Shown: in pieces, positions 16,877 through 22,784 of the stretch
How positions within the stretch are numbered: the stretch's first letter is position 1
Layout: each line of letters begins with the position of its first letter
Assembly (NCBI GenBank): GCA_964624825.1
Contig: CAZUYD010000018.1
Span: 3,593-27,592 of the forward strand
Direction of reading: 5' to 3'
Length of the DNA: 24,000 bases
DNA from: an uncultured Enorma sp.
GTDB taxonomy: Bacteria; Actinomycetota; Coriobacteriia; Coriobacteriales; Coriobacteriaceae
Position numbers and translations under genes: made by a program
Notes under the pieces: generated by a model
Told to the model about the DNA's origin: nothing
Seen by the model: the letters and a program-made list of their open reading frames with translations, nothing else
The model's database searches: none

Positions 16877-17153
16877 GATGGGCGAGATGGTTTCCAAGAA
16901 GCCCTGTTCCACATAGGGGCTCGCGCACGGCTCGCACGGGACGCGTTAGCCCCGCCGATAGATGCATCTGCGCATCCGTGCATGGGGCAGCATCGTGTCC
17001 TGGGGCTCAAGAAGTGAACAGCGGTGTTTTCACAGCTGTGGCGAACGCCTTTGACATGGTTGCAGCTCGAGAATTAGCCGATATATCGTCCGAAAGGGCT
17101 CCGTAGATCCGAATAAGAGCGGGCGGGAGCCTTTGCAACTTGTTCGCGCGCAC

Positions 17154-17621
17154 CTACTCGCATAACTGCGCCAGCAGTGCCTTGCACCCGCGGAGAACGT
17201 CGCGGTAGGTCGTGTCGAAATCGTGCGTATACCAGGGGTCTGCCACGTCTGGCGCGCGATCGCAGGGGAGCCCGTCGGCATATTCCAGCAGCTTGTGTAC
17301 CTTTCCTTTAGGATCTCCCTTGAGCATGCGACGCATATTGCGCACGTTGGCGCTGTCCATGCCGACGAAGAGGTCGAAGCGGTCGTAGTCGCTTGCACGT
17401 AGCTGCACCGCGCGCTTGCCGGCGCACGAGATGCCGTGCGCGCGCAGTACGTGCTGTGTGCCCGGATGCACCGGGTTGCCGAGCTCCTCTGTGCTCGTGC
17501 CCGCCGAGGCGATGAAAAGCTCGTGTGCTCGTCCCGTGCGTTTCGCCAAGTCTTTCATAACGAATTCTGCCATGGTTGAACGGCAGATATTGCCGTGGCA
17601 GACGAACATGATCCTGTGCAT
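17154..17621 (-). CDS. Low-molecular-weight protein-tyrosine phosphatase
   Basis: Lies within ORF 17154..17708. I place the start at the ATG at 17621 (MHRIMFVCHGNICRST) after GAGGAAGGA. The P-loop CHGNICRS (CX5R-S) and the DPWY acid loop are present. Confidence 0.85.
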   Translation of the reverse strand: MHRIMFVCHGNICRSTMAEFVMKDLAKRTGRAHELFIASAGTSTEELGNPVHPGTQHVLRAHGISCAGKRAVQLRASDYDRFDLFVGMDSANVRNMRRMLKGDPKGKVHKLLEYADGLPCDRAPDVADPWYTHDFDTTYRDVLRGCKALLAQLCE

Positions 17622-17681
17622 GGTGGCATCCTTCCTCATGGCTCCGCATGGCGCGTCATGGTCGCAGCTTGTGCAGCGCTT

Positions 17682-17687
17682 ATTGTA
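17682..17687 (-). promoter_or_regulatory. Candidate -10 box (TACAAT on the minus strand) for the phosphatase gene
   Basis: The minus strand reads cGGTACAATAAGc, about 60 nt upstream of the ATG at 17621. It lies downstream of the mtlA terminator hairpin. Confidence 0.35.
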
Positions 17688-17720
17688 CCGGTTGGGCTGG
17701 ACAGGCATTCTACTGCAACG

Positions 17721-17750
17721 TGGGGCGAGCGCGATCGCGCGCTCGCCCCA
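17721..17750 (-). terminator. GC-rich hairpin after mtlA
   Basis: TGGGGCGAGCGCG-atcg-CGCGCTCGCCCCA forms a perfect 13-bp stem 32 nt after the mtlA stop. No U-tract follows. Confidence 0.5.
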
Positions 17751-17781
17751 GCTGGAAGATGCTCGGTAGGGGAATCGCCTT

Positions 17782-19638
17782 TTATGCGAGGGTGCTTAAT
17801 ACCCAGTCGACGTCGGTGGTCGTCTTGAGCTTCTCGACGACCTGTTCATTTTCGAGGATCTTGCAGATGTTCGCCAAAACCTCGAGATGCTCCTCGCCCT
17901 TGCCGGCAATACCGAAGACCAGATAGGCGTTTTCTCCATCGAAATCCACGCCGTCGGGATACTGCTGGAACACCACGCCCGTTTCCTTGACAAATTCCTT
18001 AGCAGTTCCCGTGCCATGCGGAATGGCAACGCCCATACCCAGATAGACGCTGGTGAGCTTGTCGCGCTCAACCATGGCATCCACATACGACTCATCGACG
18101 CACCCAAGCTTCACAAGCAAGCTTCCCGATGCGCGGATCGCATCGACGCGCGGCAACGTTGCACAGCCGAGCTGGATTCCGTCACACGTCAAGGCAATCG
18201 CTGGCGTTTCGGGCTTCGCGGGTTCAGCGGCCGGTGCGGGCGCAGGCTCGATAAGTTCAGCGGCTTTGGACATCTGCGTCAGCGCGTCATAGAGGTTGTC
18301 GAGCGCGGGGTCATCGAGGAAGTTATCGATGGGCACGATCTGTGCGTTCGGCGCGCTCTTGCGGGCACGCTCGGAAAGCACGCGCTGGCAAACCACGATA
18401 TCGGCTTCCGCAGGGACGGTATCGACACTCGAGTGCTTAACGCTCAGGTCGGGGCGATCGGCCTTGATGCGGTTACGGAAGCGCGTGGCGCCCATCGCCG
18501 ACGAGCCCATGCCGGCATCGCAGGCAAAGATAACCAGCCCGTTGGCGGTATCGGAGATGACGGCGGCCTCGGCGGCACCTTTCATTTCGCGCATCTGCTC
18601 GGTCGCCTGGTCAAGGCCTTGCGCGTCCGCGCTTCGCACGATCGGAGTCGCGACCGCGAAGGACACGCCCGCGGCGATCGCCACGCCGACAAGGTTGCTG
18701 AACAGGCACTCGGGCGGCGTCATGCTAATGAACGCGATGATGGAGCCCGGCGAGACGGGGGCGACCATGCCAGAGCCCATCAGGCTGAACCACGCGATGG
18801 CGCATAGGTTGCCCAAAATGGGCGCCACGATGATTTTGGGATTCATGAGCACGTAGGGGAAATAGATCTCGTGGATGCCACCGAAGAAGTGGATGATGAC
18901 CGCGCCGGGCGCAGACTGACGGGTCTTCTTGTCGCGGCAGAACAAGCAGTAGGCGAGCAGCACGCCTAAACCGGGACCCGGGTTCGCCTCGAGCATGTAC
19001 ATAATAGAGCGACCGGTCTCCTGCACCTGAGTAAGCCCAATGGGCGTGAAGATGCCGTGGTTGAGGGCGTTGTTCAAAAACAACACCTTTGCGGGCTCGA
19101 TAAAGATGGCAAGCAGGGGCAGCAGACTGTAATTGATGAGTACGCGTACGCCGGCCGTCAGCACGGCCAAGATGGCACCCATAACCGGACCGATGACCAC
19201 ATAGCCAAACATGGCAAGCAGCATGCCGATGATGCCGAGCGAGAAGTTCTCGACAAGCATCTCAAAGCCGGAGGGGGTGCGGCCATCCATGAGCTTGTCG
19301 AAGGTTTTGATGACAAGCCCGGCAAAGGGACCCATCACCATAGCGCCCATCAGCATGGGGTAATCGGGCGCACCGATGATACATCCCACAACGGCGATGG
19401 GGCCGATGATGCGACCGCGATCGCCACCGACCAGGTAACCGCCCTGAGCCGCGATAAGGATCGGAATGAGATAGTCAAGCATGGGGGTGGTCATCTCGGC
19501 GAACGATTCTACTGGGAACCAGCCGCTTGCCGAGAAGATGGCGGTAAGAAAGCCCCAAGCGATGAAGACCCCGATATTGGGCATGACCATGCCGCTCAAG
19601 AACTTGCCAAACTTAGACACGCGCTCCTTGATGGACAT
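17782..19638 (-). CDS. mtlA: PTS mannitol-family transporter, fused EIICBA
   Basis: 618 aa, with RBS GGGAGGG upstream. It appears near-colinear with E. coli MtlA as I remember it (FGKFLSGMVMPNIGVFIAWG, FIEPAKVLFLNNALNHGIF, EANPGPGLGVLLAY, IHFFGGIHEIYFPYVLMNP). The EIIB motif is ACDAGMGSSAMG. The C-terminal EIIA contains GMGVAIPHGT. Confidence 0.9.
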   Translation of the reverse strand: MSIKERVSKFGKFLSGMVMPNIGVFIAWGFLTAIFSASGWFPVESFAEMTTPMLDYLIPILIAAQGGYLVGGDRGRIIGPIAVVGCIIGAPDYPMLMGAMVMGPFAGLVIKTFDKLMDGRTPSGFEMLVENFSLGIIGMLLAMFGYVVIGPVMGAILAVLTAGVRVLINYSLLPLLAIFIEPAKVLFLNNALNHGIFTPIGLTQVQETGRSIMYMLEANPGPGLGVLLAYCLFCRDKKTRQSAPGAVIIHFFGGIHEIYFPYVLMNPKIIVAPILGNLCAIAWFSLMGSGMVAPVSPGSIIAFISMTPPECLFSNLVGVAIAAGVSFAVATPIVRSADAQGLDQATEQMREMKGAAEAAVISDTANGLVIFACDAGMGSSAMGATRFRNRIKADRPDLSVKHSSVDTVPAEADIVVCQRVLSERARKSAPNAQIVPIDNFLDDPALDNLYDALTQMSKAAELIEPAPAPAAEPAKPETPAIALTCDGIQLGCATLPRVDAIRASGSLLVKLGCVDESYVDAMVERDKLTSVYLGMGVAIPHGTGTAKEFVKETGVVFQQYPDGVDFDGENAYLVFGIAGKGEEHLEVLANICKILENEQVVEKLKTTTDVDWVLSTLA

Positions 19639-19694
19639 TAGTTCCCTCCCTTCGGATAGACCGAACGCAGTCAGTCTACCGTACGAATAGATGC

Positions 19695-19708
19695 GTTTTC
19701 GTTTCGAT
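19695..19708. promoter_or_regulatory. Candidate operator, copy 1 of the 14-nt repeat GTTTTCGTTTCGAT
   Basis: It is a perfect copy of the 19867-19880 sequence. It lies 57 nt upstream of the mtlA start and 7 nt downstream (minus direction) of a TATAGT-like box (complement of 19716-19721). Confidence 0.45.
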
Positions 19709-19831
19709 GGGCTGAACTATAAAGACTTACGAACTGTAAATAGCAGATAGGTTAGTGATTGCCGATAAACGGTCGATATTTAACGGTAAACGGTAAAAAT
19801 CAGCTTGTTTTCGAGAAGTAGAACTTCCGAA

Positions 19832-19859
19832 TTGACAGAATCAAGGGCAGGTATATCCT
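19832..19859 (+). promoter_or_regulatory. Candidate sigma-70-type promoter for the plus-strand fruK'-dehydrogenase transcript
   Basis: TTGACA (19832-19837), a 16-nt spacer, then TATCCT (19854-19859), within the AT-rich intergenic region. Confidence 0.45.
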
Positions 19860-19866
19860 ATCAATA

Positions 19867-19880
19867 GTTTTCGTTTCGAT
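19867..19880. promoter_or_regulatory. Candidate operator, copy 2 of the 14-nt repeat GTTTTCGTTTCGAT
   Basis: A perfect repeat starting 7 nt downstream of the TATCCT -10 box, so it would overlap the transcription start. Confidence 0.45.
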
Positions 19881-20065
19881 AATAGTAATTGTTGGAACAG
19901 CGGTTCACAGACTTGTTTGCACGCATGAGGTTGTCTCGATTGCTTCTCGCACGCATGGACGCGACACATGTCGCGAAGGCAGACGGAGAGCCCGGGCAAT
20001 CGAGCAACACAGGCCACGCGGCGGGTATGTGATTCGCCCGCGAACGCGGAAGGGAAGGCGCGCAG

Positions 20066-20332
20066 ATGATGTACACCGTGACGCTCACCCCGGCGCTCGA
20101 TAAAACGGCGCGCGTCGATTCGCTGACGCCCGATCGCGTGAACCGGGTGACGGAGTGCCGCGTCGATCCGGGCGGCAAAGGCATCAACGTGTCGAATGCC
20201 ATCGCGAACCGCGGCGGGGAAAGCACCGCGCGTGTGCTGCTCGGCGGAAACGTCATGAGCGACGGTACCGCGGCTGCCGATCGCGCCACAATCCATCTGC
20301 GTATCGACCAGGTCTCGTTCGAAACGTTGTAA
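20066..20332 (+). pseudogene. fruK: Truncated 1-phosphofructokinase (PfkB family) remnant, first ~88 of ~310 codons
   Basis: MMYTVTLTPALDKTARVDSLTPDRVNRVTECRVDPGGKGINVSNAIANRGGESTARVLLGGN... matches the FruK/PfkB N-terminus (TxTLNPAxD ... GGKGINV). The frame stops at 20332, only 59 nt before the next gene. No ATP-binding C-terminal half (GAGD motif region) is present anywhere downstream. Confidence 0.6.
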
Positions 20333-20391
20333 CAGCTCAATCCCGTGCGTCAGGTAGTGCAAGTGCGTGCGGGCATCGCGAAAGGAACACC

Positions 20392-21654
20392 ATGAAGGCA
20401 AAAGCGGTCCGTCTCCATGCAGCGAACGATCTGCGTCTGGAAGAGTTCGAACTTCCTGCGATCAAAGACGACGAGGTGCTCGTGCGGGTCGTGTCAGATA
20501 GCATCTGCATGTCTACCTATAAATGCGCGACGCTCGGTATTGAGCATAAACGCGTGCACGATGACGTGGCAGAGCACCCGGCAATCATGGGCCATGAATT
20601 TGCCGGCGACATTGTTGAGGTAGGTGCCAAGTGGGCGGATCGCTTCAAGCCTGGCATGAAATTCACCATTCAGCCGGCGCTCAACTACAAGGGCACCATG
20701 TGGAGCCCGGGATACTCCTATGAGTTCTGCGGCGGCGATGCAACGTATTGCATTTTGCCGGCCGAGGTCATGGAGTGCGACTGCCTGCTCGAGTATACCG
20801 GCGAGGCGTACTACCAGGCATCCCTTGCCGAACCGATGAGCTGCTCGATCGGCGCATTCCACGCGGCATATCACACGCAAGCGGGTGTCTACGAGCACGA
20901 GATGGGCATTCGCGAGGGAGGCAAGCTCGCCATTGTGGCGGGTGCCGGTCCTATGGGTCTCGGCGCGCTGACCTATGCGCTGCACTGCGATCGTCGCCCG
21001 TCGCTGGTGATGGTTGCCGATATCGACCAGGCGCGGCTTGACCGTGCAGCCGTGCTCTTCCCACCCGAGGAGGTCAAGACCGAGACGGGTATCGATCTGG
21101 TCTTCATCAACAACGGCGCGTACGACGATCAGGTTGCGGCGCTGCGCGAGGTGTCGGGTGGCACCGGCTTCGATGATGTGCTGTGCTATGCCCCGGTTGC
21201 TCCGGTCGTCACGCTTTCCGCGGCGATCTTGGGACGTGACGGGTGCCTGAACTTCTTCGCCGGCCCCACCGATAAGCACTTCTCGGCTCCGGTGAACTTC
21301 TATGACGTGCACTATAATTCAACGCACGTCATGGGCACTACAGGCGGCAACACGGCCGACGAGATCGAGTCGCTTGAGCTGACGGCGGCAGGACGCATTG
21401 ACCCGGCTGTGATGGTGACGCATGTGGGCGGCCTCGATGCCGCGGCCGAGACCACGCTCACCCTGCCCACGATTCCCGGCGGCAAGAAGCTCATCTACAC
21501 CCACGTCGAGATGCCCCTGGTAGCTCTCGATGAGCTGCGCGAGAAAGCAGCCGAGGACGCGCGCTATGCGGGGCTGGCCGACATCGTGGAGGCAAACCGC
21601 GGGCTTTGGTGCCCTGCCGCCGAGCGGTACCTGCTCGAGCATTGGGCTGCATAA
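20392..21654 (+). CDS. Zinc-dependent MDR dehydrogenase, SorE (L-sorbose-1-phosphate reductase)-like sugar/polyol-phosphate dehydrogenase
   Basis: Lies within ORF 20155..21654. I place the start at the ATG at 20392 (MKAKAVRLHAAND...) after GAAAGGAA. It has MDR zinc and GHE motifs (SDSICMSTYKC, GHEFAG), a Rossmann GAGPMG, and the long C-terminal block DGCLNFFAGPTDKHF..NFYDVHYNSTHVMGTTGG..MVTHVGGLDA..IPGGKKLIY that I recognise from enterobacterial SorE. The product is 420 aa. Confidence 0.8.
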   Translation: MKAKAVRLHAANDLRLEEFELPAIKDDEVLVRVVSDSICMSTYKCATLGIEHKRVHDDVAEHPAIMGHEFAGDIVEVGAKWADRFKPGMKFTIQPALNYKGTMWSPGYSYEFCGGDATYCILPAEVMECDCLLEYTGEAYYQASLAEPMSCSIGAFHAAYHTQAGVYEHEMGIREGGKLAIVAGAGPMGLGALTYALHCDRRPSLVMVADIDQARLDRAAVLFPPEEVKTETGIDLVFINNGAYDDQVAALREVSGGTGFDDVLCYAPVAPVVTLSAAILGRDGCLNFFAGPTDKHFSAPVNFYDVHYNSTHVMGTTGGNTADEIESLELTAAGRIDPAVMVTHVGGLDAAAETTLTLPTIPGGKKLIYTHVEMPLVALDELREKAAEDARYAGLADIVEANRGLWCPAAERYLLEHWAA

Positions 21655-21711
21655 GGGGCCGCGCGATTTTCGTGTGTGAATGCCCGCGCTCTTTGAAACA
21701 GTGCGGTTAAG

Positions 21712-21757
21712 AGCCGTGCCTGGTTGCGAGAAGTTGCAGCCGGGCACGGCTGTTTCG
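21712..21757 (+). terminator. Terminator-like hairpin after the dehydrogenase
   Basis: AGCCGTGCCTGGTTGC-gagaagtt-GCAGCCGGGCACGGCT forms a 16-bp stem including two G-U pairs. It is followed by GTTTCG. Confidence 0.55.
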
Positions 21758-21760
21758 CCG

Positions 21761-21766
21761 TACAAT
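21761..21766 (+). promoter_or_regulatory. Candidate -10 box (TACAAT) for the DeoR regulator gene
   Basis: cCGTACAATAAGg lies 57 nt upstream of the ATG at 21823, immediately after the terminator hairpin. An inverted repeat, GTGCAACacggGTTGCAC (21787-21804), lies in the leader. Confidence 0.35.
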
Positions 21767-21822
21767 AAGGCTCGATGGTCAACAGCGTGCAACACGGGTT
21801 GCACTGCGTAAGGGAGTCGTAT

Positions 21823-22590
21823 ATGGCGGTATCGGTCGTCGAGGAGCGTCGCGAGCGCATCGTGCAGCTCGTGAACGCCGAGGGCAGCGTCTCGTTTGCT
21901 CAAATCAAGCAGCTGTTTCCCGATGTGTCCGACGTTACCCTGCGTACCGACTTGAAAACGCTCGATGCCGAGCGCCGCATCGTGCGCATTCACGGTGGGG
22001 CGCGATCGGTGGAGTTTGTCATCGGTACCGATGGCCTGCTCGATAGCCGATCAACCCGTAACGTCGATGCCAAAAGCACGATCGCACGCAAGGCCGCCGA
22101 GCTCATTCGTCCCGATAGCACTATCTTTCTCGATTCGGGGAGCACGACGACGATGCTTGCGCGCGCGCTTCCGAACGAGCGCCTGCTTGTGTTTACCAAC
22201 AGCATCACCTGCGCGGCTGAACTTGCGAAGCTCGAGACGGCGCGCTCGATCGTGATCGGGGGCAACCTCAACCGGTACAGCCTTTCGCTGAACGGCGGCC
22301 GGAGCGTGGAGGACGTGCGGCAACTCAACTTCGACCAGCTCTTCCTCGGTGTGACGAGCTATTGCACAAACTCGGGGTTTACCTGCGGTTCCGACGAGGA
22401 TGCCGCGCTCAAGCGCGCGTGCATTGAGCGGGCGGAGCGAACCGTCGTGCTCATCGATGCCAGCAAGATCGGGCGGCATAGCACGTTTAAGATCTGCGAC
22501 CTCGAAGCGATCGACATGGTCGTTTCGGACGGTCAGCTGCCCGAAGATTTCTTACGTTCCTGCGAGATGGCCGGGGTTGAAGTTCGCTAG
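21823..22590 (+). CDS. DeoR-family transcriptional regulator (FruR/GlpR-like)
   Basis: Lies within ORF 21775..22590. I place the start at the ATG at 21823 after AGGGAG. It has an N-terminal HTH (ERRERIVQLVNAEGSVSFAQIKQLFPDVSDVTLRTDLKTLD) and a DeoR C-terminal sugar-phosphate sensor domain (IFLDSGSTTTMLARAL, LFLGV). Confidence 0.85.
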   Translation: MAVSVVEERRERIVQLVNAEGSVSFAQIKQLFPDVSDVTLRTDLKTLDAERRIVRIHGGARSVEFVIGTDGLLDSRSTRNVDAKSTIARKAAELIRPDSTIFLDSGSTTTMLARALPNERLLVFTNSITCAAELAKLETARSIVIGGNLNRYSLSLNGGRSVEDVRQLNFDQLFLGVTSYCTNSGFTCGSDEDAALKRACIERAERTVVLIDASKIGRHSTFKICDLEAIDMVVSDGQLPEDFLRSCEMAGVEVR

Positions 22591-22784
22591 GCTCAAGGCC
22601 TGTGCCAAATATGCACGCTGACCGCTGTCCCGCGCATGCCGCACGTGTCGTTTCCCTATGGTTACTCCGCGAAACTGCTGCTATGTTGCCGTTTATATGA
22701 GCACGTTGTGCTATCGTATCACCGTTTGTGACGGGTAATAGGAGATACCGCGTGCAATGGGGCACGCGACGACAAAGGAGAACC

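Noticed and set aside
16976-16990. 13-14-nt similarity between the left (16977-16989) and right (22751-22764) junctions of the rpsO-pnp insert, considered as possible target-site duplication
   Set aside because: It is short, contains an indel and is GC-rich enough to arise by chance. No mobility genes or terminal inverted repeats support it. I mention it only as a weak note in the synteny finding.
17051-17087. Promoter-like TTGACA (17051-17056) and TTGCAG-16-TATATC (17060-17087) on the plus strand
   Set aside because: A transcript from here would run antisense into the phosphatase gene with no downstream plus-strand ORF. The spacing from TTGACA to any -10 box is wrong. There is not enough evidence for an sRNA or antisense promoter call.
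17154-17621. Possible thioredoxin-coupled arsenate reductase (ArsC, LMW-PTP fold)
   Set aside because: The P-loop reads CHGNICRS with a DPWY acid loop, as in true phosphatases. The downstream Cys pair typical of ArsC is not evident, and there are no ars genes nearby.
17887-19641. Plus-strand ORFs of 306 aa, 186 aa and 194 aa opposite mtlA
   Set aside because: All are antisense to a transporter that is colinear with E. coli MtlA. They are Arg/Gly/Asp/His-rich artefacts.
20155-20391. 79-codon N-terminal extension of the dehydrogenase ORF (499-aa version)
   Set aside because: It is Arg-rich and non-homologous, and it overlaps the fruK fragment in another frame. An ATG with an RBS at 20392 gives the normal N-terminus for this family (MKAKAVRLH...).
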